Shown: one piece after another, positions 19,770-28,323 of the stretch
Position numbering within the stretch: the first letter of the stretch is position 1
Layout: every line of letters starts with the position of its first letter
DNA from: Cryomorphaceae bacterium
GTDB lineage: Bacteria; Bacteroidota; Bacteroidia; Flavobacteriales; UBA7430
Length of the DNA stretch: 64,000 bases
NCBI GenBank assembly: GCA_019649675.1
Contig: BOWN01000001.1
Coordinates: 209,979 to 273,978, forward strand
Reading direction: 5' to 3'
The notes under the pieces: generated by a model
Told to the model about the DNA's origin: nothing
Database searches by the model: none
What the model saw: the letters and a program-made list of their open reading frames with translations, nothing else
Program-made: the position numbers and the translations under genes

Positions 19770-21494
19770 ATGAATAAACTAGTTTGCTTCTTTCTATTTA
19801 TTTCAACATTTACTATTGCCCAGAACAATATCAAAATTGATGGTTTTTTTGATGATTGGACATCAATTGAAAATACTTATTTTGATTCTGAGTTTGACTC
19901 AGAATCTACTGAGCTCATTAACTTCAGTGTTTCAAATAATCATGAATATTTATTTGTTAAAATAAAATTAGGGAACGAAATTGACCTCACAGAACCTTAT
20001 CTAAACCCAGCAAAATTATTTATTTATATTGATGCAGATTACGACAATACTACAGGCTATAATACTAATTATATAGGCTCTGAATATGGCATTAACTTCT
20101 TTGATAAATTCATATTTGATGATAGCAACGAAAATTTTGTTGACACGCTTTCTTTTTATGATCTAAATATAATTCCGTTGCCTACAATTACTTCTGATGA
20201 GTTTGAGATTGCAATAAATCGATCGCTATTTTCTGATACGATTGCTATTTCTATAAAAGAGTCAATTGGTAGCGATGAAATGCCAGATGGTGGGGAAATT
20301 TTTACATACGCTTTTGATAATTCAATTTCTCCAAATATTCAGACTATTAATTTTTCAAAAAATGAGCCTAATCACTTACGACTTATGACTTATAATGTAC
20401 TTTCAGATGGTCTAAAAAATAATACTCGAATTGATGAACATAGAAGAATTTTTACAAGTAGTAATGCAGATATAATTACATTTCAAGAGTGTGGAAACAC
20501 TGATTATAATGATGTACTTGAGTTTTTAGAAAGTAGCTCTGAATATTATCCATACATATATCCTGATTTAAATTCAGGAAATTTAACAGTATCTAAATTT
20601 CCTTCAATTCAATCTTGGCAAGTTGCAAATAAGATTGATGCAGAATTAATTGATTTACCTGATAGTATTTATTCTACAGACATTTTAGTTCTAAATGGCC
20701 ATCCACCTTGTTGTGGAAATAATCAAGGTAGGCAGGAGCATTTTGACGCTTTAATTCAATTTATAAACGATGCTAAAACAGAAGGTGGGGTTATAGATTT
20801 ACCAATTAATACTCCAATTTCTTTTTCCGGAGATATGAACTTGGTTGGATATTCAGAACAATATTATACCATTTTAAATGGAACAATAATAGATACTGTA
20901 ACCTTTGGCAATGGAGGGCTACCTGATTGGGACGGTAGTCCTTTTAAAGACCAAGTATCTTACTTCAACGAAAAAAACATAGCTTACACCTGGGATAAGA
21001 GTAATCCCTCAGCCGGTGATTTTCCTCCAGGGAGATTGGACTTCATCTTCTATAGCAATAGTGTAATAACCTGTGATAAATCTTTTGTTATTTCTACAGA
21101 ACATATGAGTCCTGATTTACTAGTAAGCAATAATTTATTATGGAATGATACTAAAAATGCTTCAGATCATTTTCCCGTGATTGCAGACTTTATTATTGAA
21201 TTTTCTGATGAGTATATTCAAAATCATGGTGGCAATCATCAAATAGAGTGTTTCAATTATAATTTAAATTTAAATCAAGGATGGAGTTTAATTGGCTTTG
21301 GATGTGAAAATAATGCTCAAGCAGATATAGTGTTTCTCCCAATCCTAGACCATCTTGTTATTGCTAAAGATGTAAATGGAAATGCATATCTACCTTCCTG
21401 GAATTATAACGGTTTGGGAAACTTAGAACGTGGATTTGCATACCAGGTTAAACTAGCTGAAGAGTTAGAAAACTATAATATATGTAATCACTGA
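19770..21494 (+). CDS. Secreted endonuclease/exonuclease/phosphatase (EEP) family protein ending in one GW..IG/AYLP.W.FNGIG domain
   Basis: LRLMTYNVL, ITFQECG, SGDMNLVG and SDHFPVIADF EEP motifs. C-terminus 21279-21455: GWSLIGFG...LVIAKDVNGNAYLPSWNYNGLGNLERGFAYQVKL. Confidence 0.85.
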   Translation: MNKLVCFFLFISTFTIAQNNIKIDGFFDDWTSIENTYFDSEFDSESTELINFSVSNNHEYLFVKIKLGNEIDLTEPYLNPAKLFIYIDADYDNTTGYNTNYIGSEYGINFFDKFIFDDSNENFVDTLSFYDLNIIPLPTITSDEFEIAINRSLFSDTIAISIKESIGSDEMPDGGEIFTYAFDNSISPNIQTINFSKNEPNHLRLMTYNVLSDGLKNNTRIDEHRRIFTSSNADIITFQECGNTDYNDVLEFLESSSEYYPYIYPDLNSGNLTVSKFPSIQSWQVANKIDAELIDLPDSIYSTDILVLNGHPPCCGNNQGRQEHFDALIQFINDAKTEGGVIDLPINTPISFSGDMNLVGYSEQYYTILNGTIIDTVTFGNGGLPDWDGSPFKDQVSYFNEKNIAYTWDKSNPSAGDFPPGRLDFIFYSNSVITCDKSFVISTEHMSPDLLVSNNLLWNDTKNASDHFPVIADFIIEFSDEYIQNHGGNHQIECFNYNLNLNQGWSLIGFGCENNAQADIVFLPILDHLVIAKDVNGNAYLPSWNYNGLGNLERGFAYQVKLAEELENYNICNH

Positions 21495-21505
21495 AATCAT
21501 ACTCC

Positions 21506-21606
21506 CTAAACTTTTTAAGATGATTCAAAATCGTTATGAACGCGAATCAACAATGAGAATAAAAAGGGGCAAATTATTTTTAAAAATAACTTGCCCCTTT
21601 TTATTC
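21506..21606 (+). repeat. Intergenic cassette, instance H (includes the 21561 terminator)
   Basis: ctaaacTTTTTAAGATGATTCAAAATCGTTATGAAC...GGGGCAAATTATTTTTAAAAATAACTTGCCCCTTTTTAT. Confidence 0.5.
21561..21602. terminator. Bidirectional terminator hairpin between convergent genes
   Basis: AAAAAGGGGCAA-attatttttaaaaataac-TTGCCCCTTTTT, flanked by an A-run and a T-run. Confidence 0.8.
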
Positions 21607-21618
21607 TTTAGAAGTTCC

Positions 21619-22776
21619 TTAATTTAAAGCTTCTGCTTTTTCTTTTGATACATTGAAAAACTCCTCTGCACCAGTTTTTAAATTCCTACTTAATTCATAT
21701 GCAGTCAAAAACATTTCTTTTGCTTTTAAAGTATCTCCAGAGGCTAAAAGAATATCTCCCATAGAGTCATAAACATTTGGTTCATCAGGATGAATAGTCA
21801 TATTAATATTAATATGATTTTTGGCAGCTTCAAAATTTCCTTTCTCTAACATTAAATATCCCATCATGTTATTTAAAACAATATTTTCTGGAAGTCTTCT
21901 TAATCCAATATTGATATTTTCAATTCTTTCATCTAAATCCTCCAAAAAGTATGCATACCAGCCTCTTAATAGTGGATCATTAGCTGCGTATATTAATGCA
22001 GTTTCATATTTTTCTAGAACTTCTTCTCTCGATGAAGATGGTGATAAGGTCTTTATATAATATTTTTCTGCAAGAGAGGCATTTTTCAATTTTGGTTCAA
22101 TTTCTTTAATAAGCTCATTTAATTCACTACTCTTTCCTTTCATATATAAATAGTGCATTTTACCAACGTGGGCTACTGCTAAATTTGGATCTATTTTAAC
22201 TAAACTATCCGAATAAGCAAGAGCATCATTGTTTCTTAAGTTTGCCATAGCGAATCTCATTTCATTGTATAAATCAAGTGCACCTTCAACTTTTGTTGAT
22301 GGCCATACAAATGAGTTTGCAGACCTATTAATATCCCAATTCATCCAAGAATGTCGTTTGAATACTAATTTTCCATTTTCTTTTGCAATTACAGAATGAA
22401 ATCCAGCTCTCGAAGTTTTAACTCCTGAAACAAACCAGCTAGCATTACCGTATACACTCGCTATATTTCCGATTATTTCAATATCTGTTATTTCGGTTTT
22501 AATAGAGTCCTCATAAAACCATTCAGATTTTATTTTAGATACATCATTAACCCAATCAGGCCTTCCAATCCATCCATTTGATAAATTAAATAATATAATG
22601 GAATCTGAAATATTTTCATCCATTGCCTTGACAGCGCCAACTGAATCAGTTTGAACTTCAAAATGTTCAATTACAAATTTTTCAATATTATTTTTATCTA
22701 ATCTGTTTGAACACCCAACTAAAAAAATTCCGATAGCGATTAATATTATTTTTTTCATTTTTTTCATTTTTTTCAT
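21619..22776 (-). CDS. Lipoprotein with NTF2-like N-terminal domain and TPR repeats
   Basis: MKKMKKMKKIILIAIGIFLVGC lipobox and an IGNIASVYGNASWF cone-like part. The C-terminal half has repeated A..Y/L..G TPR-like helices (GNFEAAKNHININ..., GDTLKAKEMFLTAYEL). Confidence 0.65.
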   Translation of the reverse strand: MKKMKKMKKIILIAIGIFLVGCSNRLDKNNIEKFVIEHFEVQTDSVGAVKAMDENISDSIILFNLSNGWIGRPDWVNDVSKIKSEWFYEDSIKTEITDIEIIGNIASVYGNASWFVSGVKTSRAGFHSVIAKENGKLVFKRHSWMNWDINRSANSFVWPSTKVEGALDLYNEMRFAMANLRNNDALAYSDSLVKIDPNLAVAHVGKMHYLYMKGKSSELNELIKEIEPKLKNASLAEKYYIKTLSPSSSREEVLEKYETALIYAANDPLLRGWYAYFLEDLDERIENINIGLRRLPENIVLNNMMGYLMLEKGNFEAAKNHININMTIHPDEPNVYDSMGDILLASGDTLKAKEMFLTAYELSRNLKTGAEEFFNVSKEKAEALN

Positions 22777-22896
22777 TTTAAATTATGACCAAACCTAACT
22801 AAATTAATTTTAAATTGTTATTCATTATAAAATAAATATGACTATGTGTCCAAAAGCGCTTTAAACTGTAACCAAATATATTGTATGTATACTACT

Positions 22897-25800
22897 CTAA
22901 TAGTTTAGTATATCTTCATATAACATTTTTACTTGATATCCTTCACCTGGTTGCATCTCTCCTATACCATTAAACTCCCACTCAGGTAGAAAAGCAGACC
23001 CTAAATAATCTTTAACGATTAATATGTTTCCTGAATTTATAATTTCTGAGAATACTTCTAATGTGTTTAATGGCTCTTCTCTTAAGTAACCAATCATGTT
23101 CCATCCTTGAGAAAGTATAATAGGATGATCCTCTGGAAAAGCGTAAGCTCCAAAAATCTCTAGAGACAATTCATCATTTGTTTTTATCTGATAACCCTGA
23201 CCAACTTGAAAGTCTCCTATGCCATTAAACTCCCAATCTATTAGATATGCAGCACCAACATAGTCTTTTACGATGATCACATTTTCAGTTATCGGCGAAA
23301 TTACTGTAGCCACATTCATATCATTTGTAATCATATAGCTAGAAAACAAAGACCAGCCAAATGGAAAATTGAGAATCTGTGACAATGGGCTACTTTGAAT
23401 TGAATTATCATTAGTATTATTTGGGCTACCACCTAAATTAATACAATCCCAATTTTCTGGTAACTCGTTGTTTAACTCTGGTGAAATTAATTCTAAAGTA
23501 TATCCCGTTTCATCTGCGCAGCTAGGCCATGGTGCTGTAGATTGGTAGAATACAGAATCTTGTAATGTCCCATTTTGATCATAAAGTCTAATAGCATCAG
23601 ACCCCCCAAAACCAAATCCTAATTCACCTAAGTATGGAATGTTAGGTGAAATAGACACAAAATCATTTATACTTTTGACAATCACAAGATAATCTTCTCC
23701 TTCAATTTGCGTTCCTTCAGGAATGCTAAAAATATGAGTGTCATCTTCATCTTTTATTATCCAATTAGAAATATTAATTGAAGATGTATTTGGATTATAA
23801 AGTTCAATCCAATCATCAGTATCAAGTGTGTCAATAGATCTGTAGTTTATTTCATTAATTACAATAGGAATGTTTGTTTCTGTGGAGACAAAATTTGGAA
23901 TGACTTCAAATTCTCCAGAAAGTAGTACTTCAATAGTTTCACTATTTCCAGCTATGTCTCCACTCCAATGAGAAAATTCGAAACCAAACTCCGCAATTGC
24001 TGTAAGTTTAACTGGTACAGTTTCGAAATAATCTCCAGTCCAGAACTCTTCTTTAATCTTTAAATTTTCGTTGACTTCTACGAATCCTTTATTGGTATCA
24101 TCGTTTGAAATGATCAGAGGATGATAATTAGGAAGATTAAATTCTTCTTTAATATGCTCTTTAGCAATCGGGTGTCTATAAGCTGCAAAACTTTTCATAT
24201 TATCAACATAATATTCAATATGTGAGTTGATGTCTGTTATTTCATAACCAACTGAAGGATCATCTTTCCAACGAGAATAATGTGCTTCTACTTCTGGCTC
24301 AATAGTTGAATAAATTTGATCAATATGGTTGATTACATTATTAGGTAAAAATCTAGTATTTAATTCATCTGCATAACGATTGATGAATTGATTTCTAAAA
24401 CTAATATTTGTGATTAGTTTTCTAAATAATAAAGTCGACCAAGGTGGGTTTGGCCATCCAGGTCCATCCGGGTTTAGAGCAAAACTAAGCGTATTTTCAT
24501 AAAAGTTAGAGATGTTCCAGTATGGACCAAAGCCAAAATCAGTATCATACATGATCCATCGCCATTTTGTCTCAGGATGTTTCCAGAATTTAATATTGTT
24601 TCCCGGCCAGTCAGTATTATTTATGAATATGTTAGTTGCTTGATAAAGTATGTAATTTGTTAAATCAATTTGGTCTTTAATGTATTCAAAATTAGAATCA
24701 TCAGATAAATCGGTATTTTCAATATAATCGATTAGCTGATGATATTCATCATTGCTTCCTTGAATAATTTCTGCATTATTAGTTAGAAGCGAAATACTTC
24801 CGGCATCAATATTGTGTTTAGATGCTAACATGTGCTCATTAATCTTTTCACGCATATTATACATACCCCAATATGAACCATTAATATAGGCTGCAACGGG
24901 ATTGTAATCTTGGAAATCCAATTCAGAATCTCTCATTAAGCTAGTGAGCATTATATCCTTCATACTTGATCTTAACCAATCTTGACCAGAATTTCTAATC
25001 GTAAGTGCCTCAAAGTCATTATAATTTACGTTATCAAAAAAGGAGTGTTCAAATTTTGAATCTCCATATTGCCCTCTTGCAAAAAATGAAAGCGAACGTT
25101 GACCATTTTGACCTCTACTCCAACCACCAAAAATCTTAACTCCTGCATTAAATTCAACAAAATCATCATTATCATTTTCATAAAATGAAAAGTGAATTGG
25201 ACGTTCCCAATCTTCCCAAAAATTTGCTCCGAAGTAAGGTATTGAAGCATCATAAGTCCCTTCTGGACCAAATACGTAAATACCAGAATTATTGTCAAAA
25301 AAATCGATAGGATCAACACTCATTAACAATACATCTAAATCATGATTAGAATTAAAAATATAGGACTCTGTCGAAACTGGTGAAGGAAGATAATTATCCG
25401 AGAATATTTGAGCTCTAACACTCATATTATCAGATATTTCAAATGGATATATATAAATCTGAGAAAATGAATCTGGAGCACTTCCATCTGTTGTGAAACG
25501 AATAATTTGAGATGAATCATTACCTGAAAGAGAAAGATAGAATGGAGAATCTTTTAACCCGCCACTTTCTGAAAAAACAACTTCATTTTGAATACTTCCT
25601 ATAAACTCTTCCGAGTAATTTTCTAGACCGGGTGTGGGTTGTATATAATTAACAATATTTCCAGTTGAGTTTGACACTCCAATTGACACATCAGGTGCTA
25701 ATCCTTCAATTAATAATTGGTCAATAATGTTACCTGAATTATCAGAAAGAGTTATGGTTTCGGAATCAGATGAAATTTTAAAATTTGTATGAAAATTATT

Positions 25801-26655
25801 ATTATCATTTAAATTTAGAACTTCAGGAGGTTCGATTCCGATATTATTTGTTGATGAAAAAATTGCAGACAAAAATGGAATAATTGTAAAGTCTGATGAC
25901 CATGAACTCACATTGTGAGCTTGAATAGCTAGTACATTGTCTCCTTCAACTAGAATTGAGCTAAAATCAGATATAGTAAAGCGATCAGGCACACCTCCAT
26001 AGTACATTTGAGCTTCGTGATCTTGGATTGTAAAGGCATTAAAGGGCGGTGGTACACCATTGATATTAGCACGTGCTATTTCTATTCCATTGATGTAAGC
26101 CACAAAAGCATCATCGTAGTCAATATCGAGAATTAAAGAAATTATTTCACCAACATTACTGATGTTAAAATTTTTCCGCAGATACAAAGACAAGGTTCCA
26201 TTGGGTATGAGGGTAGCATCATCTCCATCTGCATAACCAAAACCAGAAGGACCATCATCCCAAGATGAATCATTAAAATTAATATCAGTCCAGTTTGAGT
26301 TTGGTTCTGAGCTAGGAATAAAATATTTAAAAGTATCACCTTGACTCACTAAAGTTCTTGATGAAGTAATTTGACTTCGGTCTTTGTCTGAAGCCCATAA
26401 CATTAAATAATCATTAGCTGAAATTGTTACATTTGGAAAATGCCATTTAGATAAATCGTTTATTTCATCAGAAATAGTCCAATTTTCAAGATTCACATCT
26501 TGGGAGCCATAATTATAAAGTTCTATCCAATCTGGCGTATCCCCATCTTCGTCAATATAGATTGAATTGGATGAAACTACTTCATTAATTATAACACTTT
26601 GAGCATTTATAATTGTTAAGCTAAACAAGGATAGGTACAGAGTTAAATATTTCAT
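22897..26655 (-). CDS. CotH-family protein with two lamin-tail domains, a CHB_HEX_C-like domain and two terminal GW..IG/AYLP.W.FNGIG domains
   Basis: LTD: VIINEVVSSNS...DWIELYN and IVINEINYRS...DDWIELYNP. FTTDGSAPDS. Central CotH-like region (MREKINEHMLA...). GW copies at 23180-23358 and 22930-23106. Confidence 0.75.
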   Translation of the reverse strand: MKYLTLYLSLFSLTIINAQSVIINEVVSSNSIYIDEDGDTPDWIELYNYGSQDVNLENWTISDEINDLSKWHFPNVTISANDYLMLWASDKDRSQITSSRTLVSQGDTFKYFIPSSEPNSNWTDINFNDSSWDDGPSGFGYADGDDATLIPNGTLSLYLRKNFNISNVGEIISLILDIDYDDAFVAYINGIEIARANINGVPPPFNAFTIQDHEAQMYYGGVPDRFTISDFSSILVEGDNVLAIQAHNVSSWSSDFTIIPFLSAIFSSTNNIGIEPPEVLNLNDNNNFHTNFKISSDSETITLSDNSGNIIDQLLIEGLAPDVSIGVSNSTGNIVNYIQPTPGLENYSEEFIGSIQNEVVFSESGGLKDSPFYLSLSGNDSSQIIRFTTDGSAPDSFSQIYIYPFEISDNMSVRAQIFSDNYLPSPVSTESYIFNSNHDLDVLLMSVDPIDFFDNNSGIYVFGPEGTYDASIPYFGANFWEDWERPIHFSFYENDNDDFVEFNAGVKIFGGWSRGQNGQRSLSFFARGQYGDSKFEHSFFDNVNYNDFEALTIRNSGQDWLRSSMKDIMLTSLMRDSELDFQDYNPVAAYINGSYWGMYNMREKINEHMLASKHNIDAGSISLLTNNAEIIQGSNDEYHQLIDYIENTDLSDDSNFEYIKDQIDLTNYILYQATNIFINNTDWPGNNIKFWKHPETKWRWIMYDTDFGFGPYWNISNFYENTLSFALNPDGPGWPNPPWSTLLFRKLITNISFRNQFINRYADELNTRFLPNNVINHIDQIYSTIEPEVEAHYSRWKDDPSVGYEITDINSHIEYYVDNMKSFAAYRHPIAKEHIKEEFNLPNYHPLIISNDDTNKGFVEVNENLKIKEEFWTGDYFETVPVKLTAIAEFGFEFSHWSGDIAGNSETIEVLLSGEFEVIPNFVSTETNIPIVINEINYRSIDTLDTDDWIELYNPNTSSINISNWIIKDEDDTHIFSIPEGTQIEGEDYLVIVKSINDFVSISPNIPYLGELGFGFGGSDAIRLYDQNGTLQDSVFYQSTAPWPSCADETGYTLELISPELNNELPENWDCINLGGSPNNTNDNSIQSSPLSQILNFPFGWSLFSSYMITNDMNVATVISPITENVIIVKDYVGAAYLIDWEFNGIGDFQVGQGYQIKTNDELSLEIFGAYAFPEDHPIILSQGWNMIGYLREEPLNTLEVFSEIINSGNILIVKDYLGSAFLPEWEFNGIGEMQPGEGYQVKMLYEDILNY

Positions 26656-26783
26656 AATTGATAGCTAAGTTATGCTATAAGATTCATGCGTGTTGTTTCA
26701 AATATAATTATGATTGAAGGTCAATTATTCTTGAGCAACAAAAATGATTGGTATAAATAAAGGTATGCAAAAAAGTTTTTTCA

Positions 26784-27566
26784 TTATTCGCAAATGTTAT
26801 AATTACTTATTTCTTCTGAAACTTTTATTAAGTAACCATAACCTCTTTCTAGATCTCCAATACCATTAAAATTCCAATCTGGTAAATATGCATTACCTTG
26901 TCCGTCTTTAGCAATAATAATTTTGTCTTGGATTGCGGCAAAAACATTTATTGCGTTTGTGTTTTCTGAACAATAAAACCCAATCATATTCCAACCCTGA
27001 GATAATAAAATTGAAATACTAGAACATGGATTATTTGAAATATAATTACACTCACCATTTGTAAAATCATTGATACTATTACATGCTGCATCTCCAGAAT
27101 TTGAATATGTAACACCATCACATCCACAAACAGGATCCCAAACAGCAAGTGACATACATCCTAATATAAGATTTGCATCACATTGATCTAAATTATTTTC
27201 AAAATAACATGAACCATCGTCTTGATTTGCATTAGAATTATAATTTGATGCACTTTCATCTGTACAACCTAAAAAAACTGACACCATTTCTCCATCACAA
27301 TAACTATTATCAATAGTTATTTGTCCGCCTAAACAATCATTAGAACCACCAGAAACCCATCCGCCCCATGAATATTGCCAAATACAACCATCAATATTTT
27401 CGCATGATACTTGTTCATTAAAAGAAGAACAATTATATGTGGTGATTTGCTCAATCCATTCTCCTTCGCAATAAGTATTGGATTGCGAATACATATAACA
27501 TGGAAATAATAATACAACCATATATAATTTATAAAAAGACTTTTTCATAATATAAAGGTTTATCAA
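26784..27566 (-). CDS. Secreted Cys-rich protein with Kazal-like motif, one GCTD..NYN..DDGSC repeat and terminal GW..IG domain
   Basis: Likely start MKKSFYKLYMVVLLFPCYMYSQ (27548). WDPVCGCDGVTYSNSGDAAC is Kazal-like. GCTDESASNYNSNANQDDGSC. GWNMIGFY...IIIAKDGQGNAYLPDWNFNGIGDLERGYGYLIKV (26820-26996). Confidence 0.7.
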   Translation of the reverse strand: MINLYIMKKSFYKLYMVVLLFPCYMYSQSNTYCEGEWIEQITTYNCSSFNEQVSCENIDGCIWQYSWGGWVSGGSNDCLGGQITIDNSYCDGEMVSVFLGCTDESASNYNSNANQDDGSCYFENNLDQCDANLILGCMSLAVWDPVCGCDGVTYSNSGDAACNSINDFTNGECNYISNNPCSSISILLSQGWNMIGFYCSENTNAINVFAAIQDKIIIAKDGQGNAYLPDWNFNGIGDLERGYGYLIKVSEEISNYNICE

Positions 27567-27661
27567 TCAAATATATGAAATATATAGGTGGAGTTATTTT
27601 TTATAAATTACCAGACCTTCTCTTGAAAATCGTTTAAAAGGATAGGAAAAATTTTAGGTAA

Positions 27662-27689
27662 TAAAAAAGCCTCTCAAGATGAGTGGCTT
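27662..27689 (-). terminator. Rho-independent terminator (minus strand)
   Basis: The minus strand reads AAGCCACTC-atctt-GAGAGGCTT followed by TTTTTTAT. Its stem is nearly the same as the 7283 terminator. Confidence 0.65.
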
Positions 27690-27713
27690 GAAAACTTTAA
27701 GTAATTTTTTACT

Positions 27714-27914
27714 CTAATCACCAAATGAAAAAGTAACAGGATTTAGCATATTAATTTGATAACCATGACCTGGTAATAGATCTCCCAAATTATTGTAGTT
27801 GTATTCTGGCCAATAAATCAGACCATCATTATCTTTAACAATCCAGATGTCATCTTCAATTAGTTCAAATTTCTCCTGAGATGAGGATGAAAAAATTAAA
27901 TTATACCCAATCAT
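27714..27914 (-). CDS. Small secreted protein, C-terminal fragment = GW..IG/AYLP.W.FNGIG domain (gene span 27714-28161)
   Basis: (EGWN)MIGYNLIF...IWIVKDNDGLIYWPEYNYNNLGDLLPGHGYQINM. Confidence 0.7.
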   Translation of the reverse strand: MIGYNLIFSSSSQEKFELIEDDIWIVKDNDGLIYWPEYNYNNLGDLLPGHGYQINMLNPVTFSFGD

Positions 27915-27933
27915 ATTCCAACCTTCTTGTAAT

Positions 27934-28161
27934 TCAAGAACTATGCAACTCAGAGGATCCTATAACCATATTGTTCTGATTTAAAGCAACTATATATGCG
28001 TCTGTATCTGAAATAGGTAATGATTGAACAAATGAGGGTTGTAAAAGAACTGTCATATTAATTCCAGTATTTCCAACATAAGGTTCTGGCAGGTCACATA
28101 CTTGAGCTGAGAGACAAAAACTTAAAAAAAGTGTCGTTAAAAAAAGAATTTGCTTTTTCAT
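27934..28161 (-). CDS. Small secreted protein, N-terminal fragment = signal peptide plus first half of the GNTG.NMT module found in the giant protein
   Basis: MKKQILFLTTLFLSFCLSAQ, then VCDLPEPYVGNTGINMTVLLQPSFVQSLPISDTDAYIVALNQNNMVIGSSEL. Compare the giant protein: CIFPLEFTGNTGVNMTVFLTSSVIDNLPISSEDPYLVALNSSGLILGSASL. Confidence 0.7.
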   Translation of the reverse strand: MKKQILFLTTLFLSFCLSAQVCDLPEPYVGNTGINMTVLLQPSFVQSLPISDTDAYIVALNQNNMVIGSSELHSS

Positions 28162-28228
28162 ATCACAGGGGGGGGAGTTAAATGTATACTTAAATATATC
28201 AAAATTATATTATTTACTTAATAATAAA

Positions 28229-28273
28229 GCCATTAAGGTCAAATTATTGTTACAATAAATTGACCTTAATGGC
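28229..28273 (-). terminator. Long hairpin terminator downstream of the giant gene
   Basis: GCCATTAAGGTCAAATTATTGT / ACAATAAATTGACCTTAATGGC: 22-nt arms with one mismatch and a T-rich tail on the minus strand. Confidence 0.7.
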
Positions 28274-28323
28274 TACATTTTTTTGGTTGACGTAGACCGC
28301 TTCTGGAAATTTAGATAAGAGAC

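Noticed and set aside
22750-22776. Triplicated ATGAAAAAA (MKKMKKMKK) at the start of the TPR lipoprotein gene as a slippage or phase-variation tract
   Set aside because: There are only three 9-nt units, all in frame, and any of the three ATGs gives the same lipoprotein signal peptide. No functional consequence is evident.
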